Source of the DNA: Candidatus Marinacidobacterium sp.
Lineage (GTDB): Bacteria > Acidobacteriota > Vicinamibacteria > Marinacidobacterales > Marinacidobacteraceae
NCBI GenBank assembly: GCA_965220965.1
Contig: OZ244852.1
Location: 1,632,001-1,696,000, forward strand
DNA: 64,000 nt
Direction of reading: 5' to 3'
Shown piece by piece: positions 1 to 9,764 of this stretch (positions are counted from its first letter, which is position 1; every line of letters starts with the position of its first letter). The notes beneath the pieces were generated by a model. That model had not been told where the DNA came from and ran no database searches. It was given only the letters and a program-made list of their open reading frames with translations. A program made the translations under genes and the position numbers.

Positions 1-558
1 CCCGCGCTCGAGCAGGGCCCGGATGGCGTAGACCCGGTCCCGCGACGCGGCGAAGATCAGCGGCGTCTGTCCCCAGGTGTTCTCCCGGGCGTCCACTTCG
101 GCGCCGTAGTCAAGCAGCGCGGTGATCGATGGCACGTTCCCGGCGCCGGCGGCGAGGTGGAGCGCGGTGGCCCCGGTGCCGGTGCGCGCCATCGCGTCCG
201 CCCCGGCGGCCAGCAACTGGTCCACGACCTCGTCCTGACCCGCTTCGCTCGCGACGTGGAGCGGGGTGTACTGCCCGATGCGGGTCAGCGCGTCCACCGT
301 GGCCCCCGCAAGGGTCAGGGTCCGCACCAGCTCGACATCGCCGCGCTGGGCCGCCCAGTGAAGCGCGGACATGCCGTCCCCGTGGGCGGCGTTCGCGTCC
401 TCGCCCTCGGCGAGAAGCGCGCGCACTCCCGCGAGGTCTCCGACGCGGGCGGCGTCTGCGACCGGCGCCGGGGCGGGCGGCGCCGAAATGCCGGAACTGG
501 CGAGCAGCAGAACCGCCGCGGCCGCCCCGAAGCGACTCCGGTTCGTTGTAAGGCGCAC
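1..558 (-). CDS. Ankyrin-repeat protein with signal peptide (partial, runs off window)
   Basis: Manual translation from GTG at 558 (SD GAGGAGG upstream): MRLTTNRSRFGAAAAVLLLASSG...DGMSALHWAA...GQYTPLHVAS...GATALHLAA...GQTPLIFAA; repeated TPLH-type ankyrin motifs; not in ORF track because no stop inside the window. Confidence 0.9.
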   Translation of the reverse strand, partial: MRLTTNRSRFGAAAAVLLLASSGISAPPAPAPVADAARVGDLAGVRALLAEGEDANAAHGDGMSALHWAAQRGDVELVRTLTLAGATVDALTRIGQYTPLHVASEAGQDEVVDQLLAAGADAMARTGTGATALHLAAGAGNVPSITALLDYGAEVDARENTWGQTPLIFAASRDRVYAIRALLERG

Positions 559-589
559 GGAGCTCCCTCCTCGGACCCTTGAGGCCCCG

Positions 590-1999
590 CTAGTCGGTGT
601 ACGTCTGGGGCTCGGTGAGCGCCAGCGTGCCGTTGCTGTCTCCGAACGAGTCCATCTCCAGACCGAGCTGCTGGACGAGCCACAGCATGGCGTTCGCCAT
701 CGGCGTCTCGTCGGCCGCCTGGATGTGCAGGTTGCCGGCGAGGTGACCGTTCGCCCGGCCGAGCAGGATCAGCGGGCAGCGCCGGTGGTTGTGGATGTTG
801 GCGTCCGCCATCGGCGAACCCCAGATGACCGCCGTCTTGTCGAGCAGGGAAGCCCCGCCCTCCTTGGTCTCCTGGAGCTTCTCGAGGAAGTACGGAAGCT
901 GCCCGACCCGGTACTGGCAGATCGTGTTGAAGTCCATGATCCGCTTCTCATCGTTCCCGTGGTGGGAGGCCGGGTGGAACGGGGAGTTCGTCCCGCTCTC
1001 GGGGAACGACCGGTTCTGGGCGTCGCGTCCGGTCTTGAACGAGATGACCCGGGTCATGTCGGTTTCCAGCGCGAGCACCTGGAGGTCGAACATGAGCCGC
1101 ATGTGCTCCGAGAAGGAGTCGGGCACGCCCGCCGGGGCGTCGGGGAGCTCCCGCGACTCGCCGCTGTTGTTGTAGTTCTCGACCATCTGGATGCGGCGCT
1201 CGACCTCGCGGACATCGTCGAGGTATCGATCCAGCCGCAACCGGTCCAGATTCCCGAGGTGCTTGCGGACCTCGGTGGCGTCGGACAGGATCCAGTCGAG
1301 GATGCCGCGCCGGGTCGCGCGCCGCTCGGCCCGCTCCTCCGGAGTGCCGCCCGATCCGAACAGCATCTCGAACGCGACCCTGGGGTCGCGGATCATCGGC
1401 AGCGGATCACTGGGCGTGGACCAACTGATCGAGTCCGTGTAGGCGCACGAGTAGTTGTAGGTGCAGCCGCCGGCCTGGTCCAGGTTCTCGATGCACAACT
1501 GCATCGAGGGCATCGGCGTCGACTGGCCGAACCGCGTCGCGTAGTACTGATCGAGGGACTTTCCGACCCACAGATCCGAACCCTGCGTCTGCTTCGGGTG
1601 CGACTGCGTCAGGAAGACCGCGGAGGAGCGGAAGTGGTCGCCGCCGATCTCAGGCGGGCTGAACGCCTCCGCCATCCGGCAGTCCGTGTTGCTGACGATC
1701 GTCAGGTACTCCTGGAACGGCTCGAGAGGCTTGAGCGCGTTGTCGGGCAGGAGCTCGAAGTCCCGCCCCACCTGCGCCGGGGCGAACAGATGCTGGCTCG
1801 CTCCCCACTCGTTGCAGCCGGGAAGGCCATGCACTTCCTCGATGCAGACCAGACGGGTGACGTCGGTCGCTTCCTCGGCCGAAGCCGCGCTGCGGCGACC
1901 GGCGGGGACCATCGCGTCGAGGAACGGAAGCGCGACGGATGCGCCCATCCCTCGCAGGACGGTCCGCCGGCGAAGGTGTTTTCCGGTAAGGATCGACAT
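590..1999 (-). CDS. DUF1552 domain protein (Tat-type signal)
   Basis: N-terminus HLRRRTVLRGMGASVALPFLDAM; YSCAYTDSISW, DPRVAFEMLFG, HPASHH, HNHRRCPLILLG typical of DUF1552; follows DUF1592 gene. Confidence 0.9.
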   Translation of the reverse strand: MSILTGKHLRRRTVLRGMGASVALPFLDAMVPAGRRSAASAEEATDVTRLVCIEEVHGLPGCNEWGASQHLFAPAQVGRDFELLPDNALKPLEPFQEYLTIVSNTDCRMAEAFSPPEIGGDHFRSSAVFLTQSHPKQTQGSDLWVGKSLDQYYATRFGQSTPMPSMQLCIENLDQAGGCTYNYSCAYTDSISWSTPSDPLPMIRDPRVAFEMLFGSGGTPEERAERRATRRGILDWILSDATEVRKHLGNLDRLRLDRYLDDVREVERRIQMVENYNNSGESRELPDAPAGVPDSFSEHMRLMFDLQVLALETDMTRVISFKTGRDAQNRSFPESGTNSPFHPASHHGNDEKRIMDFNTICQYRVGQLPYFLEKLQETKEGGASLLDKTAVIWGSPMADANIHNHRRCPLILLGRANGHLAGNLHIQAADETPMANAMLWLVQQLGLEMDSFGDSNGTLALTEPQTYTD

Positions 2000-2025
2000 T
2001 CCTGTTCTCCCTGAAGAGTGTGTGC

Positions 2026-4461
2026 TCAGTTTTGGGCCGGGGCCAGAGTGGTATCGACCGGAGCGTCAGCGCGCTTGCGCTGGAAGGCGTCGCTTCGGAC
2101 TACGCCCATGACGAACGACGCCATCCGGTAGTCGTTCGCCTCCGCCTCGCGCGCGATCGCGCGGATGGCCGGCTGGTCGAAGGGCTCGGCCCGCCGTCCC
2201 ACGGCGAACGCGAGCAGGTTCTCGGTGAAGGTGCGCGCCAGCGGGATGGGCCGCGCCAGCAGGGCGTTCACCAGTTCGTCGGGACTCGAGACGGGGGTGC
2301 CGTCGTAGAAGTCCCCGAGGGTGTCCAGCGGGGCGCCGAACTCCCGGACGCGCCACTTGCCGGTGACATCGAAGTTGTCGAGCGCGAGCCCGATCGGATC
2401 GATCAGGCGGTGGCAGGAGTTGCAGCTCGGGTTGGTGGAGTGCATCTCCAGCCGTTCGCGGGTCGTCAGCCGCCGTCCCTCGACGGCCTCGGCGGTCTCC
2501 TCGAGCGCCGGGATGTCAGGCGGCGGCGGGGGAGGCGGCGTGCCGAGCAGAACCTCCATGACCCACTTGCCGCGCAGGACCGGCGACGTGCGGTTGGCGA
2601 GCGAAGTCAGCACGAGCACGCTCCCGTGGCCCAGGACGCCCCGCCGGGTCCGGTCGGGGTATTCCACCCGCCGGAACTGGCGTCCGGCGACATCGGGGAA
2701 CCCGTAGTGGCGGGCGAGCCGTTCGTTCACGTAGGTGTAGTCCGCGCGCAGCAGCTCGAGCAGGCTCCGGTCCTCGCGCACCAGCTCGGCGAAGAACATT
2801 TCCGTCTCGCGGCGCATGGCGTCGGCGAGGTTCTCGTCGAAATTGGGGAAGAAGTTCGGGTCCGGCCGCACCTTGTCCATGTCCTGGAGCCGGAACCACT
2901 GGGCGGCGAAGCGCCGTCCGATCGCGGCGGAGCGCGGATCCGCCAGCATGCGCAGCGCCTGACGGTCCAGTTCCTCGGGAGTCAGCAGGCCCTGCTCGGC
3001 GATCTCCTGCAGCTCATCGTCCGGAGGCGTGCCCCACAGGAAGAACGAGAGGCGCGAAGCGAGGTCGAGATCGCCCAGCCGGTACCCCCGGGCTTCCGCG
3101 TTCCGGGGCGCGCGCTCGAGACGAAGCACGAAATGGGGGCTCGCGAGAATGGCCTCGAGCGCGGTCCGAACGCCGACCTCGAAGCCGCCGACCCCCCGGC
3201 CCTCGTCAAAGAACCGGAGCAGGCCTTCCAGCTCGTCGTCGGCCAGCGGCCGCCGCCAGGCCTCGCGACCCAGCCGCGCCAGGATGCGGCCGGCGCAGGG
3301 GCGCGCCTCGTCGGGAGCGGTCGGGCGGCAGGTGAAGATGCGGCGCCGGCTCGGCGTCTCGGAGAGCCCGGTCGGGTTGAACGGGCCGGTGATGACCAGA
3401 TCCCGGATGTGCGGGAGCGTCGTGATCCCCGCGCCCCCCGAGCCGCCTCCGGCGTAGGACCAGTCATGCGGCCGGATGAGGTCCTCGTAGGGCCCCTCCT
3501 GCCGCCGCAGGAAGGCCGCGGCCACCCGCTGCGTCCCCGCCCGCACGAAGACCCGCTGCGTCTGGGTGACGACGCCCCCCCGTCCGTCGGCGCCGACTAC
3601 GCGGTTCGTGTCGTAGGGGATGAGCGCGATCTGTTCCCCGTCGATCGAGACGTCCACATCCTCGATGCGGGTGTTCGCCCCCGAGGTGAAGGTGACCCCG
3701 AAGGTGTACTCGGCGTCGGCCGGGAACACGTGGTCCACCACCAGCCCGCCGCGGGTGCCGTAGGGGGCGCCCTCGACGTGGTCCCAGGGGTGCTGGGAGA
3801 TGTACTGCGAGTTGGTGTAGGTGTGGTCGACCGCCTTGACGCCGCGCTCGCCAACCGCGAGGCGGCTGATGGCGCTCGCCGCGTTCAGATATCCCTCGAG
3901 GAGCGTCGCCGACAGCGTCTGGGCCTCGGCGATGTTGTCGAAGTTGTGCGCCACCGGATCGAGCGGCAACCAGTTTCCGGGGTCTACATCGAGTCCCAGC
4001 AGATCGCGGATCGCCTCGGCGTACTCGGCGCGGTTCAGGCGCTGGAACGGCCGCGCGCCCGGGTCGGGAGACAGCTCCGCCGCCGCATCGAGGCGCGTCT
4101 CCAGCGTCTCGACGAGATGGAGCAGCTCGGCGCCGCTCGCCCGCCGGATGTTGGAGGGCGGCATCATGCCGGCCCGCAGCTTCCGGACCATCTCCTCGGC
4201 CACCTCGGGGTGGTCCGCCGCGAGCGCCACGTCGAAGTCGGCGAGCGACATGTTCCCCGCCTTCATCCGCTCGTTGTGGCACATGACGCAGGTGCCCGCC
4301 ACGACGGCGTTGGCGCCGGCGTCGGCGGTCACCGACTCGGGGGCCGCGGCGCCTTCGGCGGCGGGGGCCGCGGGGGCCTGAGCGAACGTGGACGGGGCCG
4401 CCCCGAACGCGGCGCAGACGCCCAGCGCCAGCGTCCAGGAAACAACGTATCCGATCTTCAT
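2026..4461 (-). CDS. DUF1592/DUF1588/DUF1587/DUF1585 multi-domain protein with two c-type heme motifs
   Basis: Signal peptide from ATG 4461; CVMCH and CNSCH; RLNRAEY, LASRLSFFLWGTPPDDEL, RTSPVLRGKWVME, DPIGLALDNFD. Confidence 0.9.
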   Translation of the reverse strand: MKIGYVVSWTLALGVCAAFGAAPSTFAQAPAAPAAEGAAAPESVTADAGANAVVAGTCVMCHNERMKAGNMSLADFDVALAADHPEVAEEMVRKLRAGMMPPSNIRRASGAELLHLVETLETRLDAAAELSPDPGARPFQRLNRAEYAEAIRDLLGLDVDPGNWLPLDPVAHNFDNIAEAQTLSATLLEGYLNAASAISRLAVGERGVKAVDHTYTNSQYISQHPWDHVEGAPYGTRGGLVVDHVFPADAEYTFGVTFTSGANTRIEDVDVSIDGEQIALIPYDTNRVVGADGRGGVVTQTQRVFVRAGTQRVAAAFLRRQEGPYEDLIRPHDWSYAGGGSGGAGITTLPHIRDLVITGPFNPTGLSETPSRRRIFTCRPTAPDEARPCAGRILARLGREAWRRPLADDELEGLLRFFDEGRGVGGFEVGVRTALEAILASPHFVLRLERAPRNAEARGYRLGDLDLASRLSFFLWGTPPDDELQEIAEQGLLTPEELDRQALRMLADPRSAAIGRRFAAQWFRLQDMDKVRPDPNFFPNFDENLADAMRRETEMFFAELVREDRSLLELLRADYTYVNERLARHYGFPDVAGRQFRRVEYPDRTRRGVLGHGSVLVLTSLANRTSPVLRGKWVMEVLLGTPPPPPPPDIPALEETAEAVEGRRLTTRERLEMHSTNPSCNSCHRLIDPIGLALDNFDVTGKWRVREFGAPLDTLGDFYDGTPVSSPDELVNALLARPIPLARTFTENLLAFAVGRRAEPFDQPAIRAIAREAEANDYRMASFVMGVVRSDAFQRKRADAPVDTTLAPAQN

Positions 4462-4560
4462 GGGGTGTCCCCGCCTACTCCATCCGGCAGCTTGCGCCGC
4501 GCCCACGGGACGCCCAATTCTGCGTCCGAAGGCGTCATCCTGTCAAATGGCGCGGATCCC

Positions 4561-5964
4561 CTAGCGAGCCCGGTCGAGCGGGGGATCGCGGGGCCTCTCG
4601 AGGGCGTGGGCGAGCTGGAGGACGCCGAAGTCGTCCCTTGGGCGGCCCACGATCTGGAGGCCGACCGGGAGTCCCTCCAGCGTCCACCCGAACGGGACCG
4701 AAGCCGCCGGCGCGCCCAGCAGCGAAATGAGCGAGCAGGACCCCATCCAGTCCGTGTAGTTCTCCATCCGGACGCCGTCCACTTCCCGGATCCACTCCAC
4801 CGTGACCGGGAACGGCGCAACCTGGGCGACCGGCAGGACCAGGAACTCTTGGCGCCCGAAGAATTCGCGGACGCGGGTCAGCAGGCGGCTCCAGCCTCGG
4901 GTCGCCGCGGCGAGGTCCCGGACCCCCCTCCGCCGCGCCGCTTCGATGTTCCAGACGACGGTGTCCTTCATGTCCGCCCGGCGCCGGTCGAGGAGAGGGC
5001 CGAAGTTCGTCTCGAACCACCAGGCGCGCCAGGCGTCGAAGACCTCCATCCCACCGGTCATGTCGGGGGAGTCGTCCTCGACGTCGCAGCCGAGGTCCTC
5101 GAGAGCGCTCCGGGCCGGCCGCAGCGCCTCGCGCACGACGCGATCGAACGGGAGGCCGGCGAAGTCCGGCGCCCAGGCCACCCGGACGCCCCGGAAGTCG
5201 CGCTCCAGCGGTCGCCGGAAGAGGGCGCCGGGCGCCTCCAGCGAGCGCGGATCGCGGGCGTCGGGTCCGGCGATGGCGCTCAGCAGGAGGGCGGCGTCGG
5301 CGGCGGTCCGGGCCATCGGGCCGGACACCGGAATCGGGAACCACGGCGTTTCGTCCGGGCAGACCGGGACCCGGCCCGGCGTCGGCCGCAGCCCGAATAC
5401 GCCGCAGAAGCTCGCCGGATTCCGCAGCGACCCGCCGAAGTCGCTCCCGTCCGCCAGCGGAACCATTCCGGCCGCGAGCGCCGCCGCCGACCCGCCGCTG
5501 CTGCCTCCCGGCGTCAGGTCCGCGTTCCAGGGATTGCGGGTGGGCCCGAAGACGGCGTTGAAGGTCTGGGAGCCGGCCCCGAACTCGGGGGTGTTCGTCT
5601 TGCCCACCACGATGGCGCCGGCGGCCCGGTGCCGCTCCACGATCACGTCGTCCTCCGTCGGAACGAAGTCGGCGAAGATGGGCGAGCCGAACGTCGTCCG
5701 CAGGCCGGCGGTCCGATGCAGGTCCTTGACGGCGATGGGGAGGCCGTGGAGGGGCCCCGCCATTTCGCCCCGGGCCAACGCCCGGTCGGCGGCCGCGGCC
5801 CGGCGCAGCAGCTCCGCTTCGGGAACGAGCGTCACGACGGCGTTGAGCGCCGGGTTCAGCTCCTCGATCCGGGCCAGATGGGCCCGCATCACCTCGACGG
5901 CGGAAAACTCCCGCGCGGCGATGCCGCGGGCGAGGTCGCGCGCCGAAGCGCCGGCGAGACTCAC
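4561..5964 (-). CDS. Amidase (amidase-signature family)
   Basis: GPLHGLPIAVKD, GKTNTPEF, GGSSGGSAAA, GSDFGGSLRNPA. Confidence 0.93.
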   Translation of the reverse strand: MSLAGASARDLARGIAAREFSAVEVMRAHLARIEELNPALNAVVTLVPEAELLRRAAAADRALARGEMAGPLHGLPIAVKDLHRTAGLRTTFGSPIFADFVPTEDDVIVERHRAAGAIVVGKTNTPEFGAGSQTFNAVFGPTRNPWNADLTPGGSSGGSAAALAAGMVPLADGSDFGGSLRNPASFCGVFGLRPTPGRVPVCPDETPWFPIPVSGPMARTAADAALLLSAIAGPDARDPRSLEAPGALFRRPLERDFRGVRVAWAPDFAGLPFDRVVREALRPARSALEDLGCDVEDDSPDMTGGMEVFDAWRAWWFETNFGPLLDRRRADMKDTVVWNIEAARRRGVRDLAAATRGWSRLLTRVREFFGRQEFLVLPVAQVAPFPVTVEWIREVDGVRMENYTDWMGSCSLISLLGAPAASVPFGWTLEGLPVGLQIVGRPRDDFGVLQLAHALERPRDPPLDRAR

Positions 5965-5969
5965 CGGTC

Positions 5970-7625
5970 TCAGCCGAAAACGGCCCTCCGGATGCGGTCG
6001 AGCAGGGCTTCGATGCCCGGGTCGCCGGGGCGGGGAGCGTCGAGCCAGAGGACGCGGCGCCCCCGCCGCCGCAACTCCTGGTAGTCGGCCGCCGCCTGGA
6101 GCGCCGCGAGCTGACCGAGACCGAGCTCAGGAGTCCGGCCGGGAATCGGCGGGTCGGGGCCGCCGGAGGCCCAGCGAAGCATGAGCACCCGGAGGGCGGG
6201 AGGGCCTCCCTTCTCGACCTGCCCCAGCGAATGGAGAAGCTGGGACCCGAACCCGAGGGCGGGAAGGCGTCCGGTCCGGTGCGCCAGTTGGCGCCGCAGC
6301 ATGTGGATCTCGCCCTCCGCGGCGCGGCTCTGGCGGCCGAAGGCGTTGATGACCAGGGATTCGTCCCGCGCCCCGTCGACGAACTCCCGGATATCGGCGT
6401 CCGACACCGGCGACGGTCCGGAGACCGACTCCGGATCCTCCATGATCCGGCGCGCCTCGGCCTTGGCCGCCTCTACATCGGGCTGATCGTAGGGGTTCAC
6501 CCCGAGGCGCCAGGCGGCGACCGCCACCGCCACCTGCAGGCGGAAGATCGCGGCGGGCAGCTCCACCGGGAGGACCGGGAGGCTGATCCAGGGGACCCCC
6601 GCCGCGACCGCCGCCTCCCGTTCTTCCGCTTCGTAGCGTTCCGGCCCCAGGTGGATGCGGAAGACGCCGTCGCCGGGCGCGGGGTGGGGCTCCGGCGGAA
6701 GGATCACCGGCAGGAACCCCCGGCCCTGCTTTCCGGCGCACTCCGACAGCATCTGCTCCAGCCAGACGAGCACGGCGGCGAACCGCGGCGCGGCCGAGAG
6801 CCAGACTGTCGGGCGCCCCTGCTTCGCCAGATGAGCCAGGACGACCCCGAGCCGGTACCCGGCATCCGGGATTTCGGCGTCGGATCCGGTCTCCCCGGCG
6901 GGGAGCGGCGCGGCGTCCTCAAGCTCCGCGAGCGCGCGCGCCGCCGCCCCCAGGCCCTGGTCGACCTCCCTTCCCGCCAGGACCGCGGGCAACAGCCCGA
7001 AGGGACTGAGCGCGGAGAATCGCCCGCCCACCGCCGGGATCCCGGCGAACCACGTCCGATGGGTGGCGGCCGAGCGCGTGGCGAGCCCGGAACCCGGGTC
7101 GGTGATGGCGATCATCTGCCGCCGCGCCGATCCTCCGTACTCAGCGAGGCGCCCGGCGACCACCGACTCCAGCGCCAGGGTCTCCACCGTGGCGCCCGAC
7201 TTGGACGCCACCACAAAGACGGAGCGCAGCAGCCGCCGAGGCCTCAGAAACTCCCGCACCGACTCCGGCGCGAGGGTGCTCAGCACTTCGACCGGGAGCG
7301 CGCGGCCGCGGTCTTCCAGCTCGGGCGGCAGGCCGGTCACCAGCGTCTCCGCCGCGAGCGCCGAGCCCCCCATGGCCAGCACGACGACCCGGGAGAACCC
7401 CTCCAGGACCAGCTCCTCGCGCAGGCGCCGGTAGCCCGGGATCCCTGCGCCGGCGAGCCGCGGAAGCTCCACCCAGCCGAGCCGGTCCTCCGGACTCCTC
7501 GCGCCGGTGCGGCCCAGACCCGCCGGCGCTCCACCCTCGCGCCACAGCTCGTCGGCCTCCGCCGCCAGCCCGGGAACCCGGGGGATCCCCCAGGCGCGAA
7601 AGCTCACGGGTCGCGCGAGCGCCAC
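5970..7625 (-). CDS. pgi: Glucose-6-phosphate isomerase-like protein (type seen in Tal/Pgi fusions); start uncertain
   Basis: MGGSALA, SKSGATVET, ITDPGS, GGRFSALSPFGL, EQMLSECAGK, NPYDQPDVEAAK; GTG at 7625 with GGAG upstream chosen over the ORF-track start 7775. Confidence 0.75.
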   Translation of the reverse strand: MALARPVSFRAWGIPRVPGLAAEADELWREGGAPAGLGRTGARSPEDRLGWVELPRLAGAGIPGYRRLREELVLEGFSRVVVLAMGGSALAAETLVTGLPPELEDRGRALPVEVLSTLAPESVREFLRPRRLLRSVFVVASKSGATVETLALESVVAGRLAEYGGSARRQMIAITDPGSGLATRSAATHRTWFAGIPAVGGRFSALSPFGLLPAVLAGREVDQGLGAAARALAELEDAAPLPAGETGSDAEIPDAGYRLGVVLAHLAKQGRPTVWLSAAPRFAAVLVWLEQMLSECAGKQGRGFLPVILPPEPHPAPGDGVFRIHLGPERYEAEEREAAVAAGVPWISLPVLPVELPAAIFRLQVAVAVAAWRLGVNPYDQPDVEAAKAEARRIMEDPESVSGPSPVSDADIREFVDGARDESLVINAFGRQSRAAEGEIHMLRRQLAHRTGRLPALGFGSQLLHSLGQVEKGGPPALRVLMLRWASGGPDPPIPGRTPELGLGQLAALQAAADYQELRRRGRRVLWLDAPRPGDPGIEALLDRIRRAVFG

Positions 7626-7831
7626 AGAGCGGTCTCTCCGTAACCGGACCCGGGCGCGGGGCGCGCGAAGGACACGCTCAGGAGAGGAACTGGCATCGGC
7701 GATTCGCCCCGGAATCCTGACATTCCGGGGGCGCGCGGCGGTCTCCGCCCCGGGAGGACGGGCGGCGGCTACCATTGGAACCGGCCCCCGTCCACGGGGA
7801 ATCCGTCGGTTCCGGGGCCCCGGAGGAAACC

Positions 7832-8875
7832 ATGAGCCATCTGGTGAAGACCACGAAGCGGTTGCGGTTCGAGCGGAGCCCCGTCGGCGGCGGCATCACC
7901 GACCCGGATGTCTTTCTCCGGCGGCGGGCCATCCTGAAGGCCATGGGCGCCGCCGCCGTGGTCGGGCCCTACGCCGTCGCGTGCGGGACGAGCGCGGAGG
8001 GCGCGGAGCTGCTGGACATCCCCTACTCGCGTCCCGACGTGTTCCCGGCGGAGAAGAACCAGGACTTCCTCGGCGTCCCGGCCGCAATCGAGCGCAAGGA
8101 GATGACGCCGCGCGAGGTCGCGGGCTCGCACAACAACTTCTACGAGTTCCTCGCCGGACGCGGCGGCGCCGTCTGGAAGCTGGCGGGCGACTACCGGCCG
8201 GTTCCCTGGCGGGTCGAGGTCACCGGCGAGTGCGCGAAGCCTCGGACGTTCGATCTCGACGACCTCCTCGGTTTCGCCCACGAGGAGCGGGTCTACCACT
8301 TCCGCTGCGTCGAGCGTTGGGCGATGAACGTGCCGTGGACCGGCTTCCCGCTGCACGACCTGCTGAACGCGGTCGAGCCCACCAGCAACGCCCGGTTCGT
8401 CGCCTTCACGTCGCTGAACCGTCCCGAGGAAATGCCCGGACTCGCCTCGAGCAACTGGTACCCGTGGCCCTACCACGAGGCGCTGCGGATGGACGAGGCC
8501 ATGCATCCGCTCGCCTTCGTGGCCACCGGCATCTACGGGGATCCGCTGGTCCGCCAGCACGGGGCGCCGATCCGGCTCGCCATCCCGTGGAAGTACGGCT
8601 ACAAGGGCGCGAAGGCGGTCGTGAAGATCGAGCTGACGCGCGACCAGCCCCCGTTCTTCTGGGAGATGCAGAAGCACGAGTACGGGTTCCTGTCGAACAT
8701 CAACCCGAACATCCCCCACCCGAGGTGGAGCCAGGCGGAGTCCTACTGGCTCGACAACCGGGACGCCTTCCCGACGCCGCTCTTCAACGGTTACGGCGAT
8801 CTGGTCGGCGACCTCTATCCGGACGAGCCGACCACGCCGCAGCGAGCGCTCCGTATGGGCCAGACAGCCCGCTGA
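7832..8875 (+). CDS. msrP: Protein-methionine-sulfoxide reductase catalytic subunit MsrP (YedY)
   Basis: SD GGAGGA then ATG 7832; twin-Arg signal LRRRAILK; HNNFYEF, YHFRCVERWAM, PWPYHEALRMDEAMHPL, HGAPIRLAIPWKYGYK, HPRWSQA. Confidence 0.93.
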   Translation: MSHLVKTTKRLRFERSPVGGGITDPDVFLRRRAILKAMGAAAVVGPYAVACGTSAEGAELLDIPYSRPDVFPAEKNQDFLGVPAAIERKEMTPREVAGSHNNFYEFLAGRGGAVWKLAGDYRPVPWRVEVTGECAKPRTFDLDDLLGFAHEERVYHFRCVERWAMNVPWTGFPLHDLLNAVEPTSNARFVAFTSLNRPEEMPGLASSNWYPWPYHEALRMDEAMHPLAFVATGIYGDPLVRQHGAPIRLAIPWKYGYKGAKAVVKIELTRDQPPFFWEMQKHEYGFLSNINPNIPHPRWSQAESYWLDNRDAFPTPLFNGYGDLVGDLYPDEPTTPQRALRMGQTAR

Positions 8876-8891
8876 CGGGAGTCTCCGCGAC

Positions 8892-9260
8892 GTGCTCTGG
8901 CTCCGGCTGGGCGCCAGCGCCATGCTGCTCGGCGTTGTCTGCGGCGCGTTCGGCGCGCACGCGCTGGCGTCCCGTCTGGAGCCGAAGTCGCTCCAGACCT
9001 TCGAGACGGCGGTTCGGTACCACCTGATCCACGGGCTGGGCCTGCTCGGCGTGGGGTTCGCCGCGCTCCGCGGGTTCCCCGCGCCAGTGGACGCCGCCGG
9101 AGCGCTCATGGCCGTCGGGGTCGCGCTGTTCTCCGGCAGCCTCTACTGGCTGGCCCTCGGGGGGCCGTCCTGGCTGGGACCGGTCACGCCGCTTGGAGGG
9201 CTCTGCCTGATCGTCGCGTGGGGCTGCCTCTTCGCGGCGCTGATGCGGGCCGCCGCGTGA
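8892..9260 (+). CDS. DUF423 (YgdD/TMEM256) membrane protein
   Basis: GAFGAHAL, FETAVRYHLIH, LFSGSLY, LGPVTPLGG. Confidence 0.92.
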   Translation: MLWLRLGASAMLLGVVCGAFGAHALASRLEPKSLQTFETAVRYHLIHGLGLLGVGFAALRGFPAPVDAAGALMAVGVALFSGSLYWLALGGPSWLGPVTPLGGLCLIVAWGCLFAALMRAAA

Positions 9261-9754
9261 GCGGGCCGAGCGGCTCGCCGAAGGCCTTTCAGGACTTCTA
9301 CCCGGAGTCCACCCAGCACTGCTTCGGCTGCGGGCCGAAGAATGGCCGGGGGCACCGGGTCCGGAGCTTCTGGGAAGGCGAGGGCGACGAGCGGGAGGCG
9401 GTCTGCCGGTTCACCCCCGAGCCGTTCCACACCGCGATGCCGGGCGCGGTCTACGGGGGGCTGATCGCCTCGCTGGTGGACTGCCACGGAACCGGGACCG
9501 CCGCCGCCGAGGCCTACCGGGCGGCGGGACGGCCGATGGGCGTCGGGCCGGCGCTCCGGTTCGTCACCGGCTCGCTCCAGGTGCGCTACCTCCGGCCCAC
9601 GCCGATCGGGGGCGAACTAACCCTCCGCGCCCGGGCCGCCGAAGTGAAGGAGCGGAAGGTCCTCGTGAGAGTGCGGGTCTACGCCGGCGACCTGCTCACC
9701 GCCGAGGGCGAGGTGCTCGCCGTCCGCATCCCGGAGGGCTGGCCCGGAACCTGA
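9257..9754 (+). CDS. PaaI-family (hotdog) thioesterase
   Basis: GTGA overlap with upstream stop; HCFGCG, VYGGLIASLVDCHG, VTGSLQVRYLRPTP. Confidence 0.85.
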   Translation: MSGPSGSPKAFQDFYPESTQHCFGCGPKNGRGHRVRSFWEGEGDEREAVCRFTPEPFHTAMPGAVYGGLIASLVDCHGTGTAAAEAYRAAGRPMGVGPALRFVTGSLQVRYLRPTPIGGELTLRARAAEVKERKVLVRVRVYAGDLLTAEGEVLAVRIPEGWPGT

Positions 9755-9764
9755 CCCCTGGTTC

